From a virus: DNA of 64,000 bases. Of the stretch, positions 19,158 to 31,300 are shown one piece after another. The notes below the pieces were generated by a model, which was not told the DNA's origin, did no database searches, and saw only the letters and a list, made by a program, of their open reading frames with translations. Numbering within the stretch: position 1 is the first letter of the stretch; each line of letters starts with the position of its first letter. The DNA lies in IMG/VR virus record IMGVR_UViG_3300002141_000156, positions 32,001 through 96,000 of that record. The stretch is one strand, 5' to 3'. A program made the position numbers and the translations under genes.

Positions 19158-22100
19158 ATGGAAGTCAAACATACACTATCCGATGTTTTAAAAAGACTCG
19201 TTGTTGATATCGACAACATGAATAGCTTTCTGTACAGTTTACAGAATATTCTTGAATCAAAATCAGAAAACGTAAATGTTAACCAAACTAAAAATGATGG
19301 TTCAATATACTCAATTAATGTTCCATCCTTCGGTTATTTAAAAGGAAAGATCGAAGATATTGATACTCGATTTGAGACCCTGCTTTCAACAAATAGCGAT
19401 GTTATTGGAATTAAATCAGCAAATGGCGAAGTTCGAAAATTTGAATTAAAGAAAACTTCTCAACTTTTACAAGAATTAGAAAGTGTTCAAAACTTAGCAC
19501 TGACTCTACCTACTGAATTTGGGGTTAAAAATAACTGGTTCTTTGAATCATTCTTAAATCCATTATTATATGTGAACTTAGATATTTCAGACATTTTGAC
19601 TGACGATATTGATAGCTTTGTAGTAAAGAGGCTTATTGTAAATGCAGTAAACAATGATGATATTTCTGCCTTCTTTGACACAAACTATAAAGGCAAAAAT
19701 AATATTAATTATGATGCTTTAAAAACAGATTTAGAAACAAATTCAATTGATTATTTTGAAGATGATAATGTAGTAGATGTTCAAATTGCAATAAATCGAT
19801 TTAAAGGATCATTTGATGTACTTCGTTTTCTTGAAGAAACCGTAGACCAGACATTAACTGATCAAACTGTTGCTGTTGTTCGTCGTCGCTATAAAATTAA
19901 TACTTTAAACTATACAGATGTTCTTTCTGGTGTTAAAAATAGTAAGCTCTTATCAGAAGGAGATATCTTAATCACTAATAATGATTCAGAATATAAAGTA
20001 GTGACTGTCAATAAAACAGATACTGAAGTCGTTCTTGAAAGAATCTTTGGAATTGATCCAATTACACTTGGTGCAAGTATTCTTAGAATAAAACCAGCAC
20101 CATATCGTGCTCCTGAATTACAAGTTAATGTAGGATTCAATGAGCGTCAAATTGTATTCATTCGCCCAATTAGCAAGGCTAAAAATTTAACAATCGATGA
20201 TTATTCAAATGGAGTCGCCGTTTATACAAATGACTTAACTATTCCATTACCGGACAATACTACTGCAACCTTAGCAAATTACTATACAAATTTTGTTGCT
20301 GATTTTGGATTAATTCTCCTTAATATGGCAAAGGAGCGTAAGTTGCCTGCGATTATTGCAAATACACCAAATACTCCAACGTTATCTGCTGCAAACTTTG
20401 CAGTTGTTCAAACAGATCAACATATTCAAGACGATAAAAACGTAACTCAGGTTAAAAATACAATTAAAGAAAAAGCTACAACTGAGAAGGAGATTCAGGA
20501 ATTAAACAAGAAGATTGATGATATTAAAGCAAATATCACAACTACTGCAAAAACTGATCAGGAAGCAAAACGTCTTAAAAAACAATTAACTGAGGTTCAG
20601 AAGACTAGAGATGAAAAAACAGTTAGTTTATCTACCGTTGTTACTAACCTTACTCTTCAGATCTCAACGACTCCACAATTTATTGTTCCTAAAAAATACA
20701 GCGTTCGCGGATTCTGGCAAATTCCTGATCCAGTTAAGTCAACATATGGTGACCAGGCAGTAGTCCAGTTTAAATATCGATATCGTTATTTAAGTCAAGC
20801 TGGAAATCAGCCAACTGCTCAGCAATATACATTTGTTGAAACTGATGGAACTAAGCGGTCTGCTTCATTTTCTCCATGGACAGAAAAATTATCTAAACCT
20901 AGAACTAAAAGCTTAGATACTACAACTGGTTTATATACATGGGACGTTGAAAACGTATCAGATTCAGATGTAGTAAACTCAAATCAATTAGATATTACAA
21001 TTCGTACGGGAGAAATTGTAGAAATACAAGTCAAATCTCTTTCTGAAGCTGGATGGCCAGACAACGCTGCCGAATCTGACTGGTCAAATTCAGTACAGAT
21101 ACCTTTTCCAGAAAGCGTATCATCCGAGGAAGAATCGTCAGTTCTTACTCAAAAGGCATTTGCTGATAAGACTAAAATCGACTTTGAAAAAAGCCTAATT
21201 GCTAGAGGACTTGATACTCACCTTGCAAATCAATTTACAACTGGTGAGAAATTCTTTGCCCACTTAGCCGAGGATATTTCTAGTGGATTTTACACAACTC
21301 AAGGTGCTGTAATTAATCTTTATGAACAATTAAAATCGATTAAAACTACACTAGATAGCGTACAACAGTCAATTTCACTAGACTCTGGGGTAATTAAAGT
21401 AAGTATTATTGATTCTTCTGGAAACACAACCGATATTTCAAATGGAGATACAATTAATCTTTTTGCTGGATATTATCGCGATCTTATTAAAGACACAACC
21501 GGTGGAACTACTGTTTATAATGAAGGACGTATTATTACAAAACAATACGTTATTTCAATTCAAAATATCTCGGCCACTACTCTTGAATTAATGTCATTCC
21601 TATTTGGTGGAATTGATGAAACGGCAACAACCTCTGATCCAGTTGCCAATCCAGATAGTGATTATCACCTAAATCGCCGATACGACCTAGTTCCAGTTGG
21701 AGTAAACAAGAACGTTGCTCCAATTATTGGTAATGTTAAACAAATTGCAAGTCAGCAATCAACACAAGTTAAGAGTCAATGGTTAACAAGTCGTATCCGA
21801 AATTATGGACTTTCGGAAGAAGTCTATGCTCCAAGCACACCAGCAGTGGACTTATTACCCTACTATTCTGCCGGATATGACTATACCCTTGGAACAACTG
21901 TTGGAACTACTCTAAATGTTCCAGTAAATTGGGCACATTATTTACCATTCGATCCTCAATATTCACCATATGGTTCGGTAAATAGCAAAGTATGGAATGG
22001 CACAACTAATGCTAGCGCAAATGGTGTTGGTGGAGGAACGCTAACCGAATTTTGTATTAGCAAAGATCATCCTAGTATCAAAACTATATGTTCTGCAAGT

Positions 22101-22739
22101 TTTCCACATCCTGGTTCTGGAAATATGTCAAGTGTCTTTAGGCCGGAGTTTGCCTCAGCAGTACCGACTACCGTTGATGCAACTGCTCCACAAAAAACCC
22201 TACCCTTTGCCCATGCAATACATTTTGAAACATCTGTACAGGATGATCTTAATGCATTTGGCATAAAATATTATAAACAAGCAACTCGAATTGCTCCAGC
22301 AACTCCTACTGATAATACTACATTGGAGGATAATCAATATCCTGTCAAATTAGGATTTACTCCAAATGATGAATACTTAATCGGTAAATATACCTGTGGT
22401 GCATACTTATACCTTTTCCCACAGGATTACGAATCAGTATCAGTACAAGGAAATTTCCCAGCAAGATCAGTAAGTCAAGTAAAGGTTGGTTCTGAGAATG
22501 CATTTAATATTCCGGTTCTATTCCAATTCAGATGCTCTGATAAATTAGGATTTGTTGGTGGTTTTAGAACCACTAGTACATTAAACAATATAAAATATCA
22601 GAAGAAGATTGGCCTTGATATTAATGTTAAAAACGACGTTCCTTTTTCGTTTGACCTTGAGGTAAGCGCGCAATATACTAAAGAAACATCACTAGATGCT
22701 CCACTAGTTCAAGGAAAAGGAAAAATTAGCACATTCTAA
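19158..22739 (+). CDS. Large baseplate/tail protein with coiled coil and FN3-like domain
   Basis: EKEIQELNKKIDDIK coil; EIQVKSLSEAGW...SDWSNSV FN3-like end. Confidence 0.6.
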   Translation: MEVKHTLSDVLKRLVVDIDNMNSFLYSLQNILESKSENVNVNQTKNDGSIYSINVPSFGYLKGKIEDIDTRFETLLSTNSDVIGIKSANGEVRKFELKKTSQLLQELESVQNLALTLPTEFGVKNNWFFESFLNPLLYVNLDISDILTDDIDSFVVKRLIVNAVNNDDISAFFDTNYKGKNNINYDALKTDLETNSIDYFEDDNVVDVQIAINRFKGSFDVLRFLEETVDQTLTDQTVAVVRRRYKINTLNYTDVLSGVKNSKLLSEGDILITNNDSEYKVVTVNKTDTEVVLERIFGIDPITLGASILRIKPAPYRAPELQVNVGFNERQIVFIRPISKAKNLTIDDYSNGVAVYTNDLTIPLPDNTTATLANYYTNFVADFGLILLNMAKERKLPAIIANTPNTPTLSAANFAVVQTDQHIQDDKNVTQVKNTIKEKATTEKEIQELNKKIDDIKANITTTAKTDQEAKRLKKQLTEVQKTRDEKTVSLSTVVTNLTLQISTTPQFIVPKKYSVRGFWQIPDPVKSTYGDQAVVQFKYRYRYLSQAGNQPTAQQYTFVETDGTKRSASFSPWTEKLSKPRTKSLDTTTGLYTWDVENVSDSDVVNSNQLDITIRTGEIVEIQVKSLSEAGWPDNAAESDWSNSVQIPFPESVSSEEESSVLTQKAFADKTKIDFEKSLIARGLDTHLANQFTTGEKFFAHLAEDISSGFYTTQGAVINLYEQLKSIKTTLDSVQQSISLDSGVIKVSIIDSSGNTTDISNGDTINLFAGYYRDLIKDTTGGTTVYNEGRIITKQYVISIQNISATTLELMSFLFGGIDETATTSDPVANPDSDYHLNRRYDLVPVGVNKNVAPIIGNVKQIASQQSTQVKSQWLTSRIRNYGLSEEVYAPSTPAVDLLPYYSAGYDYTLGTTVGTTLNVPVNWAHYLPFDPQYSPYGSVNSKVWNGTTNASANGVGGGTLTEFCISKDHPSIKTICSASFPHPGSGNMSSVFRPEFASAVPTTVDATAPQKTLPFAHAIHFETSVQDDLNAFGIKYYKQATRIAPATPTDNTTLEDNQYPVKLGFTPNDEYLIGKYTCGAYLYLFPQDYESVSVQGNFPARSVSQVKVGSENAFNIPVLFQFRCSDKLGFVGGFRTTSTLNNIKYQKKIGLDINVKNDVPFSFDLEVSAQYTKETSLDAPLVQGKGKISTF

Positions 22740-22743
22740 ATAG

Positions 22744-25700
22744 ATGGCAAAAGACTTAATATACACTAAACCGCTTAGTGCAGATTCAAGCTTCCAGCTG
22801 GTTAGAACTAACCCAAAATTAACCGGCAACGTTAAGATAACAATTAATGAAGCCGGAGATATGTGGTTAGATTCAATCAAAGCGAATCTTGAACTTGCAA
22901 AAGATGATTATTCACGGTTCCCAATAGACACTACCCAGTCACTGGCCGGAAATATGTATAAATTCTTTAAAAATGGTGAAACGCCAAACGAGATTATTTT
23001 TGGTTTAACAGAAAAAGTTGAAACTACTAAAACATCAAAGGATTTTAAAGATCAATATGATTTTTCTAATTATTTTAGTGGAATAAAATATTTTCCATCC
23101 AATAAGTATGATGAGCGACTTTCATATTTTGCTCCACTATATCTTAAACCGGAGATACCTAATTATTTTGTCATTTTAAAAATTAAGGATCCTTTAAATT
23201 CAAAAATAGATCTTTCAAAACAAAATTTTGAAACCGGGCAATCTAAATCAGAGTTTATTATCGACTTATTTAAGACTGCGACAATTATTAAAACCTTTGA
23301 CTTGAGTGAAAACTCAAAACCAGGCAAGTATATTCGTTCATATATTAATAGTACTAATTTTCCAGTAAGTCCACTAAGTGTATCATTTAGTGAAGACAAT
23401 TTTACTATGTGGAACGGAATTGTTGTTGGCTCTGGTATTCTTGGAAGTAAAGGAGAATTATTATACGATCAATACAAACAGTCAACTCCTCTAAAATTCT
23501 TTGAGGAAAATATTACTGGTGGATTTGAACGTAATGGTGTTATTTTTCCAAATATTCTAAATCTTGATTTTATATTCACAGATGATACTTCTGATAATTA
23601 TGAATTTAATCGATATTTAGGATTATATGTTGATACTTTAGAGTTATCAAAATTAGACATTGACTTGGCTCGACTTTATGATGAGCGTAGAACTTGGCCA
23701 AATACTCCACTTACTAATAAATTATATCTTGAATCAGATGATACTACTATAGTTCAATCAAATTCAGCCGGTGTTGTTATTCCATATAACAATATTGATT
23801 TTAACATGGCTGAATTTGAAGATATTTTTTCAGATTCAGAATCTCTATATTTTAATTATCTAACCGATCGCGATGGTAAATTACACTTACCTAAGCTAGA
23901 GCAGCCATATGCTGTTAATTATTCAGAAAAAGTATTTATTGAATTAACTTGTGATGGAACAACTGCAACAGCAATATCAAATATCCCACATGGATTTAAT
24001 ACGGATGATCTTGTTCAAATTACAGATACTTTAACTGGGTTAACTGGAAGTTATTTTGTCACTAAGATATCAGATAGTCAGTTTACTTATTTGAATACAA
24101 CTTCGACTCTACTAGTTTTTGGTTTTGCAGCAAAGGATATTGGAGCCGGTGTATTAACGCTAAGTGATGCAAAATTTGATTTTGCTCGACTATTCGGTCC
24201 ATCACATGACCTGTTTTTACAAGACACTGGATTCGCTAGTCAATCTGCTGGGTTCTCCCATTCCGTTATTACAATTAACTCAAATCTTGGCCAATTAGAC
24301 GAAATTCGATTGTATCATCCAAATGGAACAAATGTTGACACTAATGGAAAATATGACTATTATACTGCCGCTGTTGGATATTCACTAACTCCTAATCCTG
24401 GAGATTTTTATTCATATATTGATTATGATAATGTTGTTGGACATGATGTATTCTATTTTAATGCAGTCGGTCTAAAAAATGAAATTGCAAAAGCACTTGC
24501 CGGTGCAATTAATATTACGCGTAATCGTACATTCACTGCATATGCATTTAATGAATATGTTTTTATCAAGTGTAATGTTGCTGGAGAGTTTGATCAGATT
24601 CATCAATTATCATTTAGCTCACCTACTGCACAATACTCAGTTATTGATCTAGATGAAACTAGCGGGACCACTCTTGTTGGGACAATGTTCCAATTTAATG
24701 GAGGTTCTAAAGTTACAGGCAATCGTCTGATTGTCGATCGTGAACACATGGACAAGATTAATCAGGAGATTAATAATATCCTAATTAAAACAGGGGCCGG
24801 CTGGTCAAAGATTAAGAAAACTTCAGGATATATTGATTTAGTAACTGAAGAAAATTCGGTTACTGAGACTAAAATAACCTCTGCTCTTTCTGCATATTTC
24901 AATAAGTGCGCAATTGTTTTAGAAGACGCTGAGGCACCAAGCATTGCCTACACTGAATTTATTATGCGTAAAAAATTTAGACCGGCATTTGGACTACTTT
25001 CGCTATTTCCAATCAAAGATATTAGTTTTGATTTCTATAGCAGTGACTACTTAAATTTCCCAGAAATAGATTTTTACCAATATTATTACATACCTGAAGG
25101 ACTTGCGTTATTAACACCAAAGAGAGATTCCGCAGACGTAAAGTATACTCGATACTCTGTAATTAATAATGGAACTGCAAAAATTGAAGATCCTGCAACT
25201 CAAGCTACCTCAACAACAAGTATACTATTATCTAGTTTAATTGTTGGTGGTTCTATTACGCTTAATGTTGGAACCCTTGTGACATATGGATTTGACACTG
25301 GTTCCCAGGATCATTTACAACAGGTTAAAATAGAATACGATGCTGACAATTATTTTATTGCACAAGTTGACACACCTGTAGGGTATGACTCATTAACTGG
25401 CAATCTATCACTAATCGTACTTAGCCTGAAGTCAAATATACTGACTAGTTTATCTTCTTGGAATATCTATCAAGTTGCTTTGCCCGGAACTCAGAGTGAT
25501 CCTATCATAGAATTTACGGTGACTCAGCCGTGTCACTATTCAAATTATATAGGCGCCCCAATTATATCACAAACCACAAAATTTACCCTCGGTGATGTAA
25601 CTATGTGCCCAATTAAAGATGAAAACTCTGAGTTGCGCAATTTTGCAGGTTTCTCAATTTTAAAGGATCCAACTAAAGTTGTTGCGGCAGATGCCTCTGA

Positions 25701-28350
25701 CGAATATACAATAAAAACAAAATATGTAAATGGATTAACACAAACGGAATATGATTTCTATAAAGAAAATGAAAGTATTGATTTTGCACTACGTTCAAAA
25801 ATTATTCCATATATTACAAAATGGGGAATAAAAAATGGACTTGATTCTAGAGATAATCCCTATCGATTAAATACAGAAATTGTATTTGGTAGAAATAATT
25901 TTTCACCAGACCATACTGATCGTTCACAAAACCCAAATAATTTTACCCATGAATGGTTCTATATTGAGAGTCGATTTAACTATTTAGATACGCTAGAGAC
26001 AGCTAAGCAGAATAATTACTATTTTGACAAGCCACTAGATATCACAAAATTACTTAGTGACCCAAATTATTTTATTGAATATTTTACATATACTCCAAAA
26101 TTTGGAACAGATGTAAATGGAGAGGACTTAGATGTTGCACCTACTCAATTTAGATACTCAGAAGTATTTAAGAATATTGCAGGACAATACGAAGCTTTTT
26201 TCAAAGGATTTAAGTTAATATTCAATAATGTAAATAATTCAACAGTGTTTGGAGCAGACGGTAAGCCTGCGGTAAATGACTCTACTTCTAGATTTGATGA
26301 TTATAAATTTAGCTGCGTCTTAAAACCAGTAAAAGAAGATTTCTTTAATCGAGATCAGCCGCCAATCCGATTTAGATTTATTGAGCATACTGACTATAAA
26401 TTTATAACCCTAGTTATTGAGCTTGCAATTGGGTCAATTGATCAAATTAATTCATTTTGGAAACAATTGGGTTCACCGACTGGACTATCCAGTGCAGACC
26501 CATTAGTTGTTCCAGTTAGTGAAAAATTTTATACAGAGCCAGATCCATCCTTTGGTACAGATCTTCCATTTGAGACAATATATGGAGATTATCGAATTCA
26601 ATTTGAACAAGTAGATGGTGTTGATGTATCAAACTTAAATCATACTCTACTCTATTCTCTAAAGAATAAAAAATATAATTCTAGACTTGATAATTTCTCA
26701 AATATAAAATTATCATCACAACTTGCAATTTCAGTTGCTGGTACAAATGGCGTTAACTTTGTTGGCAGTACGCCAGATTCAGGAACAATTAGATCACAAG
26801 AGATTGCAAGCATTTCAAATTATCCGGAATCACCAGTAGATGAATTTACACCAACCAGTAACTTAGGGTTAGTTTCAATGCGTGACTCTTTATCTGGACT
26901 ATTTTATATTATTGACCAGACAGATTCAGCATCTATTGCACTAAACTCAAATCCAATAGATCTTGCAAGCGATAATAGTTTTAATTTTAGTCTTGATGAT
27001 ATTCCATTGGTAAATCTAAGTTTAGTAACTCCAATTGTCTTATCGCCGTTTACCTCAATTTTCCTAAATTTACCATTACCTTCTGGATTTACCACAGTTA
27101 TCAAAAATCGTTTCACTTTCTTTGTGATTGGTGGAGGTAAAAATTATTTTGAAAAGCTATTACAAAAACTATCTTTTTCTAAATTTAAACAATATCTAAA
27201 TACTCTTGACCCAATTATTGAATTTGAATCATATTCACTAGATATAAATGGAGTAAGTCAATTATCTACTGATCCTAAATTCTATTTAGAGATTCCAGAT
27301 GTAGCAACTGTTGAAAATATTAGTCAAATTATTATTAACTCAGATATTGATGTGCCACCTCAATTCTCATTTAATAATGAAATCGGATATCAATATGAAC
27401 AAGCAAAATTGAATAATGTTATTGAGCTAAATCGTTATCCTGGTGGATATGAGCCAATTACACAAGACGTATTGTATTGCAAATCGAATTTTAAATTCTT
27501 TAAGAATAAAATAAATGATCTACCGTTGAGTAATACTCGATTAAATACACAAATCGATAATCTATTAACGATCACTAATTTTAATCATATCAAAGTAGCT
27601 AACACCAAGATACTTGATCTTGAATCTGATCCTGCGTATCTTCCAATTTATCCAAAAATTGGTGAAGTCGCAATTGGTCAAGCTCCACATTTTCTACTAA
27701 ATAGTAACTGGGATTGGGGATTCCATCACCGATATTCTAATAAAACTGAATATTCTGCAGCATCTGGTGCAGTTCGAGTAGAAGAAGATGAAAATTTCCT
27801 AGGTAAAATATTAACTGTTCCTGAAACAATATACCTTACTCAGTTCAATATGGTGATGCTAACCGATAACCAAAAGCTATCTGAGGTTGATCTTACTCAA
27901 ATTGAAATTGTTGCAAAGGAGGGAACCGCAAGTCTTGATGGATTTATTAATTTAAACAACGCAATCACTAGTTATCTTATTGCTGATGGAATCGAACAGA
28001 AATTCAATGATTACCTAGTAAATTCAAGTGAGTTTATTGGAAATTATACCACGATTAAAGAATATGTTAAGGATTATATAAAATTAAATATTCTTAAATT
28101 ATACAATACTGACACCCTTGAATTCTTTAGTAAAAGAAATGCGAGCCTTTTTTCAACAACTCAAGTACAAAATTCAAATCCAATTTCATTTGTATTCTTA
28201 GATGATACTCAGCGTAAAGCTTTAGGTTACTCAGAATTCAAAAATGTGCAAATAAATAAAACAGACAGATTAATATTAAGCTTCAGCATACCAAAATCAA
28301 CGGCAGCTGGACAAGATATCAGTCCGAAGATAAAAATTAAATTCATCTAA
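22744..28350 (+). CDS. Giant (1868 aa) virion structural protein
   Basis: Long ORF in the structural cluster; contains a PHGF..DDLVQI..GSYFVT..SQFTY beta-barrel module typical of tail/baseplate proteins. Confidence 0.6.
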   Translation: MAKDLIYTKPLSADSSFQLVRTNPKLTGNVKITINEAGDMWLDSIKANLELAKDDYSRFPIDTTQSLAGNMYKFFKNGETPNEIIFGLTEKVETTKTSKDFKDQYDFSNYFSGIKYFPSNKYDERLSYFAPLYLKPEIPNYFVILKIKDPLNSKIDLSKQNFETGQSKSEFIIDLFKTATIIKTFDLSENSKPGKYIRSYINSTNFPVSPLSVSFSEDNFTMWNGIVVGSGILGSKGELLYDQYKQSTPLKFFEENITGGFERNGVIFPNILNLDFIFTDDTSDNYEFNRYLGLYVDTLELSKLDIDLARLYDERRTWPNTPLTNKLYLESDDTTIVQSNSAGVVIPYNNIDFNMAEFEDIFSDSESLYFNYLTDRDGKLHLPKLEQPYAVNYSEKVFIELTCDGTTATAISNIPHGFNTDDLVQITDTLTGLTGSYFVTKISDSQFTYLNTTSTLLVFGFAAKDIGAGVLTLSDAKFDFARLFGPSHDLFLQDTGFASQSAGFSHSVITINSNLGQLDEIRLYHPNGTNVDTNGKYDYYTAAVGYSLTPNPGDFYSYIDYDNVVGHDVFYFNAVGLKNEIAKALAGAINITRNRTFTAYAFNEYVFIKCNVAGEFDQIHQLSFSSPTAQYSVIDLDETSGTTLVGTMFQFNGGSKVTGNRLIVDREHMDKINQEINNILIKTGAGWSKIKKTSGYIDLVTEENSVTETKITSALSAYFNKCAIVLEDAEAPSIAYTEFIMRKKFRPAFGLLSLFPIKDISFDFYSSDYLNFPEIDFYQYYYIPEGLALLTPKRDSADVKYTRYSVINNGTAKIEDPATQATSTTSILLSSLIVGGSITLNVGTLVTYGFDTGSQDHLQQVKIEYDADNYFIAQVDTPVGYDSLTGNLSLIVLSLKSNILTSLSSWNIYQVALPGTQSDPIIEFTVTQPCHYSNYIGAPIISQTTKFTLGDVTMCPIKDENSELRNFAGFSILKDPTKVVAADASDEYTIKTKYVNGLTQTEYDFYKENESIDFALRSKIIPYITKWGIKNGLDSRDNPYRLNTEIVFGRNNFSPDHTDRSQNPNNFTHEWFYIESRFNYLDTLETAKQNNYYFDKPLDITKLLSDPNYFIEYFTYTPKFGTDVNGEDLDVAPTQFRYSEVFKNIAGQYEAFFKGFKLIFNNVNNSTVFGADGKPAVNDSTSRFDDYKFSCVLKPVKEDFFNRDQPPIRFRFIEHTDYKFITLVIELAIGSIDQINSFWKQLGSPTGLSSADPLVVPVSEKFYTEPDPSFGTDLPFETIYGDYRIQFEQVDGVDVSNLNHTLLYSLKNKKYNSRLDNFSNIKLSSQLAISVAGTNGVNFVGSTPDSGTIRSQEIASISNYPESPVDEFTPTSNLGLVSMRDSLSGLFYIIDQTDSASIALNSNPIDLASDNSFNFSLDDIPLVNLSLVTPIVLSPFTSIFLNLPLPSGFTTVIKNRFTFFVIGGGKNYFEKLLQKLSFSKFKQYLNTLDPIIEFESYSLDINGVSQLSTDPKFYLEIPDVATVENISQIIINSDIDVPPQFSFNNEIGYQYEQAKLNNVIELNRYPGGYEPITQDVLYCKSNFKFFKNKINDLPLSNTRLNTQIDNLLTITNFNHIKVANTKILDLESDPAYLPIYPKIGEVAIGQAPHFLLNSNWDWGFHHRYSNKTEYSAASGAVRVEEDENFLGKILTVPETIYLTQFNMVMLTDNQKLSEVDLTQIEIVAKEGTASLDGFINLNNAITSYLIADGIEQKFNDYLVNSSEFIGNYTTIKEYVKDYIKLNILKLYNTDTLEFFSKRNASLFSTTQVQNSNPISFVFLDDTQRKALGYSEFKNVQINKTDRLILSFSIPKSTAAGQDISPKIKIKFI

Positions 28351-28352
28351 AG

Positions 28353-31300
28353 ATGCCAATTCGAATTAATTTAAAGGAACTCTTTCCAGCAGATGCTCAG
28401 GAAATTTCAATTGACAAAATAAACTTCAACTTTAATAAGTTATTAGAGTTAGGTATTGGAGAGCAGGGATTACGAGGCTTCCTTGGTAATCAAGGCTCGG
28501 CTGGTCCAGGCGGTATTCAGGGTCCAACTGGAACTCGAGGAACTATTTGGTTTGTCGGCTCCGGTAATCCTACCCTGGTTGATGATCCAAATAGCCCAGA
28601 AGATTTATTACCTGGCGATTTGTATTTAGATGCAGTATCCTTTTCAGTATGGCAATGGGATGGAACCTCCTGGAACTTCTTATTTAATTTAACTGTAATT
28701 ATTAATAATTACCTAACTGCGTCGCCTTCCCCATTCACTAGAGGATTAGGAATTGGTTCTCCAAACGATGATCGATTTATTCTATTCAATCACCGGTCAG
28801 ACAATATAACTGACGTAACTCTTGGTGGAGTTGGCGGAAATATCGCAAATAATGATATACTCTTCTTAAATAACTTTGATGAAGATACCATGGCTGCACT
28901 AATTCCTCCAGGATTTACATATGGTCCTGCAGAAACACCAGTTCTGTCACAAATTGATACCGAGACTCTCTATAATTCACTATTTTCAATCTATGTGGAC
29001 CACAGATTTAGCACAATCGGCCGCTATCACCTAGAATTAGGTGATCTATATGAAGATGCTGCCGTTCCTGATCCAAATCCAATCTTAACCACGGTTTATG
29101 AAAACTATAAGATGCGATATGTTCGAGTAATTCCACCAAGTGGAGTATATGCAGATCACTACAATATTGCACAATTTTCACTTGATATACCAGATGGAGC
29201 CGGGGCACTTAATCGCGATTTTAGTGGAGTATTTGAATTTACCACACCAAACTATAATGCAGTAGATTCAATAACTGAATCAGCTCACGTATATATTGGT
29301 TCGAAATATGGTCTCGATGAAATTATTACTACTGCTGGGTCAAATTTAGCAGACGGTATCCTATTTTATTCAGGAAATGGTGGAATAACTGGTGCAAATA
29401 TTGGACTTGCTAAAAACTACGAAATTACAAATCTTCCACCTGAGACAGGCTACGTACTGAACGATCCAGCAACACAGTCGTACTTTATGTTAACTCCTGC
29501 CGCCGGTCTTGCTGGGATCTACCTAAATGATAGTGTTTTACAAAATAGTGGAAATATTATTCAATTAGCAACGACTGAGCCTCGCATAGTTGATACTGAG
29601 TGGGCCGCACAAAATTCGCCAACCTCTTTTCTAGGCAATATGGGAATTGCTCGAGACGGAAACATGATTTATACTGTTTCGGGAAACCTAGATCCAATCG
29701 ATCTAGCCACGGGAGCCGGTTATTTTAATAAGTTTACGATAGAGAATCCAAATAACCCAATTTCAGAAGTTTCTCTTAAGCACTTTGGACAAACATATAG
29801 CTCAAGTGCTTCGCCGGTAAGTTGCGCTGACTCATATGGTGGTGCCGGCAGACCAATTGGAGCGGGTGCAGCAGATATTGCAATCGCTGGAAAATATATG
29901 TATATTGTACATAGTCAAAACAACGCCTATACTCTAAATGCTAGCAGTAGCGGCAACCAGTGGTATCGAACATATTTTCAAATATGCGAACTTGATGATT
30001 ACTATGAGACTGCTCCCCGTCGAATTGCTAGATTTGGATACGCTGCAGATGATGATTATCCAGCATTAAATAGTTTATATCGTGTACAAATTGTTGCTAA
30101 TCATGCAGTAGTTGCATCAAATGCGCTGGATCATATTGATCTCGCCACGTTTAATTTGCAATCACTTGGCGGAGTAGCAACAATTAATATTGTAGACCCC
30201 GACAATTTATCTATATCAGATTCAGCGGTCCCAGAATTATTTGAAACTCCAAGTGCAATTGGGATATATGTAGATAATGCAATATTGGATATGGATATTG
30301 TTGATGATAAGGTTATTACTCTAACCTGGCAACAAAATGCTGGACCCGAATCTGTTCTGACTGATTATCAAGTAAGAGTTGATGTATTTAGTTTAAATAG
30401 TAATTCCGGCGACATTGCGTGGAGCGGACTCGGCCAATCAAACGTTGCTTCTGAACTGGCGATGAATCGTGCTGCATATGACGCGAAATCTAAACATGGT
30501 GCGATTGTTGCAAATAAAAAATATATTTATGCTGGATATGAAGATACTGTAACAATATTTGATCTAGCCTGGCCAACGCCTGCCGGCGACCCATTCGGTT
30601 TTGATCCAAACGATCCATGTCGAAATGTCTATGGTAAAATAACAGACTTGGTTTTAAGTTGTGGTGGCGGCGGAGGTGTTGCTATTGAGTTTAACATATA
30701 TGACATGGAACAGCTAGGAAATAGTTTATATGTTCTAGCAGTTGATTCAACTGGGACTACTTCATATGTATTTAAAGTTGATGTTTCTGGTGGATTAGAT
30801 ACAACGACTGATACCTGGTCAGCAGGCAGCCCACCGACTCAAGTATATTGTAAGGATTTAGAGCAACTGGCTTCAAGATTCTTAGTTGTTGGAAAGCATA
30901 TTTATGCTGCACTACATACTGATGACGCAGAGGAGAAGCCATCGCTACTTGCCGTTGATTTTGATGGAATTTATACCGGCGGTGCACATATCGAATCACT
31001 ACGTGCAGATCAGCTTGATGTGACTCAAGCTGCAAATATTGGAGGTGCACTAAACGTTAGCGGATCCCTGGAAGTCGGCGGTAGTGTATTTGCTAATGGT
31101 CGCTTTGCTGGACAAGGAGCTACGCCGATTGGCATGGTTACACCTTTTGCTGGAACCACTGCACCGAATGGCTGGTTATTATGTGATGGGGCAGCAAAGA
31201 GTAGAACTACTTACTCTGAATTATTTGCTGTAATTGGATTCGATTATGAATTTCCAGCACCAGGTCCAACTACCTTTACCGTACCTGATTTAAAACAGCG

